Part shown: in pieces, positions 1-11,080 of the stretch
Layout: every line of letters starts with the position of its first letter
Numbering within the stretch: position 1 is the first letter of the stretch
Translations under genes and position numbers: made by a program
The notes under the pieces: generated by a model
Told to the model about the DNA's origin: nothing
Seen by the model: only the letters and a program-made list of their open reading frames with translations
Databases searched by the model: none
DNA from: a bacterium
Lineage (GTDB): Bacteria > UBA8248
Direction of reading: 5' to 3'
DNA length: 64,000 bases
NCBI GenBank assembly: GCA_963692865.2
Contig: OY843592.1
Span: 2,176,001-2,240,000 of the forward strand

Positions 1-1647
1 CCACTCGACCTGCGTGAAGCTGATCTTGACGCCGATCTTCTTCCAGGCGTCCTGCACCACGGTGCCCACGGCGCGCCGGACCTCGTTGCCGTGGTTCGTC
101 ATCAGGGTGAAGGCGAGGGGCTTGCCGTCTTTCGTCAGCACCCCGTCTTTTTTCCTGAACCCCGCCTCGTGCAGCAGCCGCTCCGCGCCCTTGGGGTCGT
201 AGGGCAGGGGCTTGACGCCGCGGTTGTAGTGCGGGCTTTGCTTCACGAAGGGCCCCGTGATGTCCTCGGCCTGTCCGTTCAGCACGTAGCGGTGGATCTG
301 CCTGGTGTCCACCGCCATGCCCAGCGCCCGGCGCACGCGCGCGTCCCGGAACGGCCGGCGCCGGTGGTTGTAGCCGATGTAGGCGTACCCGAAGCCCAGG
401 CCCGAGAACACCTGGAACCTCGGGTCCTTCCTGAGCCGCTCGACCTGGTGCGCGCCCGCCCCGTAGCGGTCCACCGTGCCCGCGTAGAAGGTGATCTCCT
501 GCGTGAGGGGGTCGGGCAGGATTCGGTAGACGTATTCATGGTATTCGGGCGGCCCCTCCCAGTAGTCATCGTTTCGCGCGAGGCGGATGAGCTCGTCCGA
601 GCGCCATTCCCTGAACTTGAACGGCCCCGTGCCGACGGGTTTCCGGTTGAACGCGCTTTCGAGCATGCCGAACGTTTTGGGGTCCTTGCCCTTTCGCTTC
701 GCTTCTTCGGCGAGTTTTTTCGCGTTCAGCAGATGCTCGGGCAGCATCCCCATGCTCCAGGAGCCGAAGGCGGGGGAGTAGAGCCTCTTGTAGGTGATCT
801 TGACGGTGAACGCATCAGGCGTCTCCACGCGCTTGACGGGCTCGTAGTCCGGCACCCTCGGGGAGAGGTTTTTGGGATTCATGATGGATTCGTAGGTGAA
901 GCGCACGTCGCCCGAGTCGAACTCGTGGCCGTCGTGGAAGCGCACGCCTTGCCTGAGCTTGAAGACGATGATCGGGTTGTGCTCGGTGAGCTTGACCCGC
1001 CGCGCGGCGAAGGGGAGCAGCTTATCGGGCAGCTTCGTCTTGACGTAGGGAGCGGGGTCTTCGGCGAGGCTCTTTTCCCCCAGCAGCGCTCCAAGATGCC
1101 TGAAGAGGTACTGATCCACGCTCTTGAGCGTCAGCTTCACGCGCTCGGGATAGGTGATGGCGACGGCTTTCCGCCCGGGTATTTTCCCGCCCTTGGGCGG
1201 CGGGGTGCGGATGGCGGTTTTCTGCTCTGCGGGAGCGGTGGCTTCGATTTTTTCGATGTTCTTGAGCCAGGCGGCCGCCTCCGCGCCGCGCGCCCGTTCG
1301 ATGCGCTCGACAAGCACCTTCGCGCCCGGCCCCTCGGGATGGGGCACGAAGAACGCCTCCTCGTAGATTTTCCACGAGGCGGCCAGACGGCCCCGGTAGG
1401 AGAGGTCGCGGTCCCTGTCGATGAGGCCCTCGAATATCTGATCGACGATGGCCCCGCTCGCCGTGTCCGCGTGAAGGATGGGGTTCAGGATCTGGGCGTC
1501 GCCGATGGAGCCGGTGATGAACTGGCGAAGGCGCGCATCGCTGCCGCCCTTGGTCTGGTCGGAGAACGTCGGCACCCAGAAGTAGGACTGGAACAACGCC
1601 GCCGCGATGAGAATGGGGAGCAGCAGCAGGATGCGCTTGATCAGCAT
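1..1647 (-). CDS. Peptide/nickel ABC transporter substrate-binding protein (family 5), runs off the window edge
   Basis: Manual minus-strand translation from ATG 1647: MLIKRILLLLPILIAAALFQSYFWVP...SIGDAQILNPIL...IFEGLIDRD...LRQGVRFHDG...GTGPF. Not in the ORF track because it is open-ended. Confidence 0.85.
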   Translation of the reverse strand, partial: MLIKRILLLLPILIAAALFQSYFWVPTFSDQTKGGSDARLRQFITGSIGDAQILNPILHADTASGAIVDQIFEGLIDRDRDLSYRGRLAASWKIYEEAFFVPHPEGPGAKVLVERIERARGAEAAAWLKNIEKIEATAPAEQKTAIRTPPPKGGKIPGRKAVAITYPERVKLTLKSVDQYLFRHLGALLGEKSLAEDPAPYVKTKLPDKLLPFAARRVKLTEHNPIIVFKLRQGVRFHDGHEFDSGDVRFTYESIMNPKNLSPRVPDYEPVKRVETPDAFTVKITYKRLYSPAFGSWSMGMLPEHLLNAKKLAEEAKRKGKDPKTFGMLESAFNRKPVGTGPFKFREWRSDELIRLARNDDYWEGPPEYHEYVYRILPDPLTQEITFYAGTVDRYGAGAHQVERLRKDPRFQVFSGLGFGYAYIGYNHRRRPFRDARVRRALGMAVDTRQIHRYVLNGQAEDITGPFVKQSPHYNRGVKPLPYDPKGAERLLHEAGFRKKDGVLTKDGKPLAFTLMTNHGNEVRRAVGTVVQDAWKKIGVKISFTQVEW

Positions 1648-1694
1648 CGTCGGCCCTCAGCGCGCGCGAATGGTGAAGCCGGGTCTCGCGCGCT

Positions 1695-2009
1695 TTATTT
1701 CTTCTCGGGGGCGGCGGGTGTCGAAGGTTGCGTGTTCGTCTGCACGGGCGCGGCGGGCACGATGGAGCCGCCCTGGTTGGCGCCTTGCGAGCCGATGTAG
1801 GTGAGCAGAAGCGAGGTCACCATGAAGAGGACGGCGGCGCCGGTCGTGATCTTGCTCAGGAAGTTCACCGGTCCCCGCGTGCCGAACATCGTGTCGCTCG
1901 ATCCGCCGAAGGCGGCGCCCATGCCGCCGGCCTTGCCCGCCTGGAGAAGCACCGAAAGAATCAGGCAAATCGCCACGGCTACGTGCAAGACTGTCAAAAC
2001 TATCGTCAT
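1695..2009 (-). CDS. secG: Preprotein translocase subunit SecG
   Basis: VLLQAGKAGGMGAAFGG motif, two TM helices, downstream of tpiA. Confidence 0.95.
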   Translation of the reverse strand: MTIVLTVLHVAVAICLILSVLLQAGKAGGMGAAFGGSSDTMFGTRGPVNFLSKITTGAAVLFMVTSLLLTYIGSQGANQGGSIVPAAPVQTNTQPSTPAAPEKK

Positions 2010-2022
2010 TTTCTCGCTCTTT

Positions 2023-2805
2023 TCATGTTTGGCCCGGACTCGTCCGGGCCGCGCGGATGATTTCCAGAAAGTCTTCTGCCTTGAGGCTCGCCCCGCCGAT
2101 GAGGCCGCCGTCGATGTCGGTCCCGGCGAACAACTCCGCGGCGTTCTCCGGTTTCACGCTGCCGCCGTATAAGATACGCGTTTCCTGCGCGCATTCCAAG
2201 CCGAAAACCGCCTCCAGCCGCTCGCGGATGAACGCGTGCGCCTCCTGGGCCTGATCGGGCGTGGCCGTGAGGCCCGTGCCGATGGCCCACACGGGTTCGT
2301 ACGCGACGACGAAACCCCCCGGCGGAGGGGCGTCGAACGCGCCCTGAATCGAGTGCTCCACCTGATGGGCGATTCGCGCGAGCGTCGTCCCGGCTTGTCT
2401 CGTGGTGAACGGCTCCCCGAGGCAGATGACGGGCGTGAGGCCGCCCGCGCTCGCCGCCCCCGCCTTTCGGGCGATGAGGCCGTCGCCTTCTCCCATCAGT
2501 TCGCGCCTTTCGCTGTGCCCGAGGATGACGTGGCTCGCGCCCGCGTCGGTGAGCATCGAGACGCTGATCTCGCCCGTGTATGCGCCGTCCGGGTGATGGG
2601 AGCAGTCCTGTCCGGCGACGCCGATTGCGCTCCCGGAGACCTCATCCACGACAGCGGAAAGGGCGAGATAGGGCGGACCCAGCACGACGTCCACGCCGGA
2701 GAGACTCTCTCCCGCGACGCCTCCGGCCACCTCGCGCGCGAGCGTTCGCGCCTCCCCAATCGTCTTGTTCATCTTCCAGTTGCCGGCCACGAGGGCGCGC
2801 CGCAT
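2023..2805 (-). CDS. tpiA: Triosephosphate isomerase
   Basis: AGNWKMNK, GHSERR, AYEPVWAIGTG, YGGSV motifs. Confidence 0.98.
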   Translation of the reverse strand: MRRALVAGNWKMNKTIGEARTLAREVAGGVAGESLSGVDVVLGPPYLALSAVVDEVSGSAIGVAGQDCSHHPDGAYTGEISVSMLTDAGASHVILGHSERRELMGEGDGLIARKAGAASAGGLTPVICLGEPFTTRQAGTTLARIAHQVEHSIQGAFDAPPPGGFVVAYEPVWAIGTGLTATPDQAQEAHAFIRERLEAVFGLECAQETRILYGGSVKPENAAELFAGTDIDGGLIGGASLKAEDFLEIIRAARTSPGQT

Positions 2806-2835
2806 CGTGAGTTCCTCTTTTTCTTTTCGGGTTTT

Positions 2836-4059
2836 TCAGTTTTTGTCCGTCAGGCAGGCCAGGCCGGGGAGTTCTTTCCCCTCCAGCAGTTCCAGGAAGG
2901 CGCCGCCGCCCGTGCTGATGTAGGAGATGCGGCGCGATTCCCCCGCCGCGTGAACGGCCACGTCCGTATCGCCGCCGCCCACTATCGTCAGCGCGTAGGA
3001 GTTCGCCACGTGGTTCACCATGGCGTAGGTGCCGCGCGAGAAGGCGTCCACCTCGAACACGCCCATCGGGCCGTTCCAGATGATGGTCTTCGCGTCCTGG
3101 AGCACCTCGCCGAAAAGGGTCGTGCTCGCGGGTCCGATGTCGAGGGCGTACCACTCCTCGGGCACCTCCTGGGCGGGCACCACCTTGGTTTCCGCCGAGG
3201 CCTCGAACTTGTCCGCGATCACGTAGTCGCTGGGGAGGTAGAACTTCACCTCCAGCTCCTGCGCCTTGTCGATGATCGAGCGCGCCGTGTCCACCATGTG
3301 CTCCTCGACCAGGCTGTTGCCCATCTCGTAGCCCAGCGCGCGGTGGAAGGTTCCCGCCATGCCGCCCCCGATGATGATCTTGTCCATCTTGGGGAGTATC
3401 CGCTCGACGATGCCGATCTTGGCGCTCGCCTTCGCGCCCCCGACGATCGCCACCACGGGGCGCATCGGGTTGTTCACCGCCCCGCTCAGGTAGCTGACCT
3501 CCTTGATCATCAGGAAACCGGCGACGGCGGGGTTCAGGAATTTCGTGATCGCCGACATCGAGGCGTGGTTGCGGTGGGCGTTGCCGAACGCGTCGCCGAT
3601 GTAGATGTCGGCCAGGGAGGCGAGTTCGCGGGCGAATTTGTCGTCGTTCTTCTCCTCGCCCGGATGGAACCGGAGGTTCTCCAGCAGGAGCACCTCGCCC
3701 GGCCTCATCTCCTCGGCCATGCTCCGGGCCTCCGCTCCCGTGGGTGCGGGCGCGAGGGGGCATTCCTTCTCCAGAAGCCGGGACAGGCGCTTTGCGACCG
3801 GGCCGAGGGAGTTTCTCGGGTCGACCTTCCCCTTGGGCCGGCCGATGTGGGTGCCGATGACGACCCGCGCGCCCTCGTCCAGCAGGTAGTTGATGGTGGG
3901 CAGGGCCGCCCGGATGCGGGCGTCGTCCGTGATGTGCCCCTGGTCGTCGAGCGGCACGTTGAAGTCGACGCGCAGGAAAACCCGCTTGCCCGCTACGTCG
4001 ACGTCCTCGACGCCGAGTTTGGGGTCTCCGTTCTCGATGTTGCTCGTGATCGTCGCCAT
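2836..4059 (-). CDS. pgk: Phosphoglycerate kinase
   Basis: RVDFNVP, LLENLRF, WNGPMGVFE, GGGDT, STGGGA. Start placed at MATIT. Confidence 0.97.
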   Translation of the reverse strand: MATITSNIENGDPKLGVEDVDVAGKRVFLRVDFNVPLDDQGHITDDARIRAALPTINYLLDEGARVVIGTHIGRPKGKVDPRNSLGPVAKRLSRLLEKECPLAPAPTGAEARSMAEEMRPGEVLLLENLRFHPGEEKNDDKFARELASLADIYIGDAFGNAHRNHASMSAITKFLNPAVAGFLMIKEVSYLSGAVNNPMRPVVAIVGGAKASAKIGIVERILPKMDKIIIGGGMAGTFHRALGYEMGNSLVEEHMVDTARSIIDKAQELEVKFYLPSDYVIADKFEASAETKVVPAQEVPEEWYALDIGPASTTLFGEVLQDAKTIIWNGPMGVFEVDAFSRGTYAMVNHVANSYALTIVGGGDTDVAVHAAGESRRISYISTGGGAFLELLEGKELPGLACLTDKN

Positions 4060-4073
4060 TGCCTTGGAGCCTC

Positions 4074-5105
<1,032 letters not shown>

Positions 5106-5375
5106 TTAGAGGATATGAAAAATTGTTTCGTTATGGGCGTTCCATGACGTACGCGCGCGCGGATTCTAACCGATACGATGGGCGGCTCCAAGCCCGCCCG
5201 AAGGTTTTTTCCCGCTTTGCGCCCTGAATCCGCCGGGTTGGCGAGAAAAGTGGAAAATCAGGGAATCATATAATGGAGTTGACGATTTCTTCCTGCCGGC
5301 CAAGCCATAAAGAACCTGCCAGTTCAATTGACAATTCCCTCCCCCAAAACTGCTCCCCCATGCTTGGGTTTTTTT

Positions 5376-5820
5376 CACTCCCCCCTTGAGGGGGGTGTTG
5401 AAAAACCCCTCCTCGCTCGGATTGACCACCGCCGTCATTGTCGTTTCTATTGTAGGGGCCGCATATCATGCGGCCCGGCTTTTTCGCCTTCACAATACGG
5501 GTCGCATGATATGTCGGACATATATGTCCGACCTACGGGTAAAACGTGGTTGATCCGAGAGGGACAGGTTTTTCAACAACCCCTTGAGGGTCGGGCTTCC
5601 CGGGAGGAAAGCCAGACGAAGAGGCCGAGCGGTTTATGCGAAGGCCGATTCGGTGGGGGGACATGCCACAGAAAAAGCTCCCCCCACCAACTCGCCTGCG
5701 GGCTTCGCCCTTGTCTCGTTGTCGGGCTTTCCCCTCGGGAAGCCCGACCCTCAAGGGGGGAGGGATTACATCGCTTCCTTTCGAATCCACCACCCGGAAT
5801 CCCGCTATTGAGTCATGCAT
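5376..5820. repeat. Composite repeat cluster: TIR MITE (5391-5583, flanked by duplicated TTGAG) inserted in the end of a CCCCCTTGAGGG palindromic element
   Basis: GGGGGTGTTGAAAAA...TTTTTCAACAACCCC, internal GTAGGGGCCGCATATCATGCGGCCC hairpin, followed by the long palindrome ending CCCTCAAGGGGGG. Confidence 0.85.
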
Positions 5821-5834
5821 ATAATTCTCGAAAA

Positions 5835-7547
5835 TTATTTTTTCTGCCTGCGTTTCCGGGTCGCGTCCTCGTCGACACGGAAGCCCGGCGCTTTCCCCAG
5901 AACCACGCCATAGAGAGCCTCGGCCGCCTTGGGCGAGACGAAGCCGCGCAGAACGTCGGCCCGCACTTCCTCGGGCGCGCGCTCGGTGGGGTCGCCCCAT
6001 CCGCCGCCGCCGGGGGTGGAGACGCGAATCGAATCGCCGTTCCCAAACGCCGTGGACGCGCCTACGGGGGGCGCCTGCGCGCTCTTCTTGCCGGAGAGGT
6101 GGCGCATTTCGTAAGGCTTTCCGGGCGATGCGCCCGCGCCGCCCGCGGGGCCGGCCTCCGCGCTTCCCGCCGCGCTCGCCGATACGCCGTCGATGAGCAT
6201 CCGGTATTCCCGGAACACGCCCAGACCGCCGCGCCGCGCGCCCGCGCCGCCCGAGTCCTGCGCCAGCCCCATCGACTCGACCCGCACCGGATAGCGCGCC
6301 TCCATCACCTCGACGGGCATGCCGCCGGTCGCGCCGAGCGGGGGAACGGCGGACGCCCCGTCTCCATTCATGTCCGCGCCCGCGCCTGCGCCCAGGGCTT
6401 CCCGCAGCAGGTGGAAGCCGCCTTTTTCGTCGTGTCCCCAGAAGCTGAGCGTCCGCAGGTTGTCGAAGCCGGCCGGCGTGCGTCCGCCCGAGGCCTCGAA
6501 CAGCGCTTCGCCGAACGCCGAGAGCAGCCTGCCGAGCGTGAGCGCCCTCAGGCCCGTCGGCGCGGGGAAGCGGGGGGTGAGTATGGTGCCGGGCTCGGGC
6601 AAGCGCACCTGGAATGCCCGCAAGGCCCCGTCGTTCAGGGGCGTCTCGCTCGCTTCATGCTGAAGGTGGAGCAGCATGGGGGCGAGGAGGCGAATCAGGA
6701 ACTGCGCGCCTTCTCCCTCGATAGGGCAGTTGATGGGGCCGCGCGCCTGGGGCGCCGCGTCGAGTTCGATGTGGAGAGCGTCTTTTCGCCGCGCCAGCGT
6801 GAGCGCGAGTTCGTGGGGGCCGTTCAAGCCGTCCGTTTCGACGGCGGCCTGCGCCGTCCAGCTTTTTTCGGGAAGCTGCGGGATGAGATGGCCGCGGAAC
6901 GCGAGTTCGCACTCTCTGAGGAGATCGGCGAAACACGCCAAAAGATTCTCCGCTCCGTAGCGCCGCGTCAGCTCTTTAAGCCGCGCCGCGCCGACGCGCA
7001 GCGCGCCGAGTTGCGCGTCGATGTCGTCGCCCAACAGATGGGCCTGGCGGCTGTTCCGCAGGAGCAGGGTCTTGATGTCCTGTATCGTTTCATCGCCGCG
7101 CGCGATGCGCACGGGCGGGATGAGGACGCCCTCGTGATAGCTCTCGCGCGAGCCGACGCTCGCCCCGCCGGGCAGCGCGCCGCCCAGATCGTCGTGGCGG
7201 CCCCGGACCTGCAGGAAGGCGATGAGCGCGCCGTCCGCGAACAGGGGCCGGGTGAGGCATAGCTCCGCGGCCTCGCCCAGTCCCGCAGGCGGCATGTAGG
7301 GGTCGTTGTGGAGAAAGACGTCGCCCTCGGCAGGCTCCGGATACGCGCGGATGACGGGCGCGGGGCCGGTGGCGAGCACACGGCCTGTAAGCGCGCGCCC
7401 GAATCGGTCGAACAGGCAGACCGAGAAATCGCCCGCGTCGCGCAGCGAGGGGCTTCGCCAGATGCGCGCGAGGAGGTCTTCGACTTCCTCCTCGACCGCG
7501 CGCAGCGCGCCCGCCAGAATTTCGCTCACGATGGGATTCGCGTTCAT
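5835..7547 (-). CDS. Hydantoinase B/oxoprolinase family subunit
   Basis: FLHNDPY, PVEVMEARYP, DSGGAGARRGG, TPGGGGWGDP. Confidence 0.9.
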   Translation of the reverse strand: MNANPIVSEILAGALRAVEEEVEDLLARIWRSPSLRDAGDFSVCLFDRFGRALTGRVLATGPAPVIRAYPEPAEGDVFLHNDPYMPPAGLGEAAELCLTRPLFADGALIAFLQVRGRHDDLGGALPGGASVGSRESYHEGVLIPPVRIARGDETIQDIKTLLLRNSRQAHLLGDDIDAQLGALRVGAARLKELTRRYGAENLLACFADLLRECELAFRGHLIPQLPEKSWTAQAAVETDGLNGPHELALTLARRKDALHIELDAAPQARGPINCPIEGEGAQFLIRLLAPMLLHLQHEASETPLNDGALRAFQVRLPEPGTILTPRFPAPTGLRALTLGRLLSAFGEALFEASGGRTPAGFDNLRTLSFWGHDEKGGFHLLREALGAGAGADMNGDGASAVPPLGATGGMPVEVMEARYPVRVESMGLAQDSGGAGARRGGLGVFREYRMLIDGVSASAAGSAEAGPAGGAGASPGKPYEMRHLSGKKSAQAPPVGASTAFGNGDSIRVSTPGGGGWGDPTERAPEEVRADVLRGFVSPKAAEALYGVVLGKAPGFRVDEDATRKRRQKK

Positions 7548-9691
7548 CGCCAGGCCGCTCCCACGCCGTGATCGCCCGTCGGCCTGCCGGCGCGCTCGTC
7601 ACGCTCGAAGACTTCGGAGCGGAAGCGCATCACCAGGTTCCCGTACCTGTCCACGCGGGCTTCCTGCCTGGGGAAGATGGTCGTCGTGCTGCCGAAGCTC
7701 TCCACGATGGCCGGTCCGGGGATGTAGTTGCCCTCCAGCAGGCGCTCGCGGTAATAGACCGGCGTGTCGTGAAACCCGCCCAACTCCTTGAACCAGACGA
7801 GGCGCGCGCCCTTATAAGCCTCCTCGGGGCTGTCGTCGCCCGCCGGGATCAGAGGCAGGTTGGGCGGCTCCGTCATGCCTATGCCCAAGACGCGCAGGTG
7901 CGCGATCTCGACCGGACGGCTTCCCTTGTGGTTGTAGGTGTAGCGGCGCTGGTAGAGCGCGTGGAAGCGCTCGAAGGCCTCCGCCAGCACCGGCGGGGTG
8001 ATGTAGCCGCCGGGCACGTCCACCTCGATCTCGGTGGCCTCTCCCTGGTAGCGCATCTCGGCGGTTCGCCGCATCATCCGTCGGTGTTCCGGGATTCCCT
8101 CGCTTTCGAGGCCCGCCGCGGCCTGGGCTTCGAGTTTCTCATAGGCGTCGCCCAGGGCTTCGGGCCGGACGTTTTCTTCGGATTGATAGTGCGCCGCCGC
8201 GTGGTCGTTCACGAGGTCGACGACTTCCAGCCCGAAGGCGCTCGTCATGCCTGCGAAGGGCGGGACGATGACGGTGTCGATCTCGAGCAGTTCGGCCACG
8301 AGACCCGCCGTCAGCGGCCCCGAGCCGCCGAAGGCCATCAGGGCGAAGTTCTTGGGGGAGATGCCGCGCTGCACCGTCGCGCGGCGCACGGCGTGCGTCT
8401 GGTTCCATGCGGCGATCTCGATTACGCCCGAGGCCATCTCGTGGGGGTTCATGTCGAATCCGCGCGCCAGATCGCGCATGGCCTTCATGGCGAGCGCCTT
8501 GTTGAGCTTCACCTCGCCGCCCGCCAGATGGAGCGGGCTGCGCGCGAGGAGCAGGTTCGCGTCGGTGAGGGTGGGCTCCCGCCCGCCCTTCCCGTAGCAG
8601 ATGGGACCCGGGTCCGCGCCCGCGCTGCGGGGGCCGACGCGGAGCCTTCCCTCCGGGCTTCGCCAGGCGACCGACCCGCCGCCGGTGCCGATGGTGACGA
8701 CGTCGATCATCGGCATCCTCAGGTGAAACTCGTCGAGCTGGTGTCTGGTGGCGCGCTTGGCCTCGCCGCCCTCGACCACGGCGATGTCGGTCGAGGTGCC
8801 GCCGCCGTCCAGGGTGATGAGCCGCTCGTGGCCCGAGAGTTTCCCGAGAAACGCGGCGGAGAGCGCGCCCGCGGCCGGTCCCGAGAGCACGGTGCCTATC
8901 GGCCGCTTGGCGATTTCCGGCGCGGTGGAGACGCCGCCGTTGCTCTTCATGATCATGAAGGGCGCGCCGCCGAGTGTCTCCTCGATTTTCTTCGATGCTT
9001 TTTCGACGTAATCCTTGATGCGCGGCTTGATGCACGCGTCGAGAAGCGTTGTGATGGCGCGCTCGTACTCGCCGGGTTCGGGGATCACCTCGCTCGAAAT
9101 GCTCACGAAGCATTCGGGGTATTCGCGCTCGAAGGCTTCGAGAATCAATTCCTCGTGCGCCGGGTTGGCGTAGGCGTGGAGCAGGCAAACCCCCACGGCG
9201 CCGATTCGCCGCCCCTTGAACCACCTGGCGAGTCTGAGCGCGTCCTGTTCGCCCAGAGACTCCAGTACCTCGCCGGATGCGGAGATTCTCTCACCCGCCT
9301 CCCGGATACGTTCGGGGGGGACCAGCGCGTCGCGGGGCTTCTGGAGCAGGGGGGCGGCGTAGTTCGCCTTCGCCGCGCCGTTCGCGCCGCCGATCTCCAG
9401 CAGGTGGTGGAACCCGCCCGTTACGATGAAGCCCAGGTCCTCGAAGCGGCGCTCCAAAATCGCGTTCGTCGCCACCGTCGTGCCGTGAAACACGCCGTTC
9501 ACCATGGCGGGGCGGATCTTGGTCTCTGAGAGTATTTTCCTGATCCCCTGGATCAGGCCCTCGCTGAAGTCGGCGGGCGTCGTCGGCGTCTTGGTGGTGA
9601 AGACCTCGCCGGTGTCGGAGCGCACGCCGACCACGTCGGTGAACGTGCCGCCCGTGTCGATGCCGATGCGAAGTCCGCGTTTGGTCGTCAT
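7544..9691 (-). CDS. Hydantoinase A/oxoprolinase family subunit
   Basis: IGIDTGGTFTD, HGTTVATNA, SGPAAG, DGGGTSTD, SAGADPGP. True start is MTTKRG, not the 944-aa ORF start. Confidence 0.92.
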   Translation of the reverse strand: MTTKRGLRIGIDTGGTFTDVVGVRSDTGEVFTTKTPTTPADFSEGLIQGIRKILSETKIRPAMVNGVFHGTTVATNAILERRFEDLGFIVTGGFHHLLEIGGANGAAKANYAAPLLQKPRDALVPPERIREAGERISASGEVLESLGEQDALRLARWFKGRRIGAVGVCLLHAYANPAHEELILEAFEREYPECFVSISSEVIPEPGEYERAITTLLDACIKPRIKDYVEKASKKIEETLGGAPFMIMKSNGGVSTAPEIAKRPIGTVLSGPAAGALSAAFLGKLSGHERLITLDGGGTSTDIAVVEGGEAKRATRHQLDEFHLRMPMIDVVTIGTGGGSVAWRSPEGRLRVGPRSAGADPGPICYGKGGREPTLTDANLLLARSPLHLAGGEVKLNKALAMKAMRDLARGFDMNPHEMASGVIEIAAWNQTHAVRRATVQRGISPKNFALMAFGGSGPLTAGLVAELLEIDTVIVPPFAGMTSAFGLEVVDLVNDHAAAHYQSEENVRPEALGDAYEKLEAQAAAGLESEGIPEHRRMMRRTAEMRYQGEATEIEVDVPGGYITPPVLAEAFERFHALYQRRYTYNHKGSRPVEIAHLRVLGIGMTEPPNLPLIPAGDDSPEEAYKGARLVWFKELGGFHDTPVYYRERLLEGNYIPGPAIVESFGSTTTIFPRQEARVDRYGNLVMRFRSEVFERDERAGRPTGDHGVGAAWR

Positions 9692-9708
9692 GGCTTGAGG
9701 GTTCCCGC

Positions 9709-10134
9709 CTAGCGCGTGAAAAGGTATGCAGCCAGGGCGGCGCAGACGAGCCCGCCCACCTTGGCGGGCGTGAAGCCCTCGCCCAGATAGATCGCCGCCA
9801 GAATCGCCGTGACGCCCGGATAAAGCGCCGAAAGCGCCACCACGCCCGCCGTCTGGCCTTCCGCCTTCGAGAGGGCCAGCACCAGAAAGAGCATGGCCAG
9901 CAGGGTGGCCACCGTGGCGGCCACGGGCAGCCACATGACGTCCCAACGCATCGGTGGCAGCGGGAACTGCCTGCTCACGACGGCGATCACGACGACGACG
10001 GCGGTCGTGACGCCCATTCCCATCAGGTGCGGCATGGCGCCCAGGCGCTCCTGGCCCATCTTCATGAAGAACCCCCAGACGCCGAAACACAGGACGGCGA
10101 GCAGGGTGAGACTCAAGGCGGTCGTATTCATCAT
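9709..10134 (-). CDS. EamA/DMT-family small membrane protein
   Basis: About 5 TM helices, LSALYP..T and LGE motifs. Confidence 0.8.
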   Translation of the reverse strand: MMNTTALSLTLLAVLCFGVWGFFMKMGQERLGAMPHLMGMGVTTAVVVVIAVVSRQFPLPPMRWDVMWLPVAATVATLLAMLFLVLALSKAEGQTAGVVALSALYPGVTAILAAIYLGEGFTPAKVGGLVCAALAAYLFTR

Positions 10135-10321
10135 GAACTCCCCGAGAAAATGTTTTTCGCGCGCGGCGGGCCGCATCCGCCCAGCAAGACGGACTTCCGG
10201 CGGACGCGCCGCAAAGCGGCTTTATACAGCAAGATAGGGACGAGGAAAAGATGAGGATTTCGTGATTTTGTGAAAAAAGGAGTGAAAAAGCGCTCGCCAT
10301 TCGATGCGGCGATGCAATCGC

Positions 10322-11000
10322 CCGGCAAGGGGGTTGTTGAAAAACCCCTCCTCGCTCGGAATTGACCACCGCCGTCATTCCGGCGAAAGCCGGAATCCAT
10401 TTTCAAGCAGAATGACAATACTTCGGCTTTTCATCTCCTCGTCATTGGCGGGAGCCAATCAGGAAAAAACAAAGGCAAAACAAACAAATGGATTCCGGCT
10501 TTCGCCGGAATGACGAACAAAACCGAACCGCCTCGAAAGGACAGGCCGCGACCTCGAAAAGGCGAAAGGGCCTGTCCGCTACGCACCCCCTCCCCGGTTG
10601 GTTCCATTCACCAAATCACGAAAACGGACTTTTTCAACAACCCCTTGAGGGTCGGGCTTCCCGAGGGGAAAGCCCGACGATGAAGCCGAGCGGTTTGTGC
10701 GAAGGCTGAATCGGTGGGGGGTAAAATGCGTTTTATCGCCATTCCGAATTATACCCCCCACCAACTCGCCTGCGGGCTTCGCCCTTGCCTCGTTGTCGGG
10801 CTTTCCCCTCGGGAAGCCCGACCCTCAAGGGGGGAGTGAAATTCAGCGCGCTCCCTTTGTTGGGCTTTTTCAACAAGCCCGACAAGGGGGGAGTGGTTCC
10901 TCCATTCTCCTCGGTCGGTAATGCTGTTCAAGGACGAAGTCCGCAACCGAGCCATTTATGGTCAACTCCAAGCGAGGAGGGATTTTTCAACAACCCCGTT
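10322..11000. repeat. Composite repeat cluster (TIR MITE, CGTC-type GTCATTCCGGCGAAAGCCGGAAT hairpins, CCCTTGAGGG element)
   Basis: Same motifs as the other clusters. Confidence 0.85.
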
Positions 11001-11080
11001 TCGCGCGGCTGGCGGTTTTGATAGATTCCCGATGTCGGGTGAAGCAATACAATTTTCCGTCATACGCCCAGGATGCTTCC

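Noticed and set aside
9692-10378. N-terminal extension of the 944-aa hydantoinase ORF
   Set aside because: Runs through the EamA gene in another frame and into repeat DNA; family homology begins at MTTKRG.
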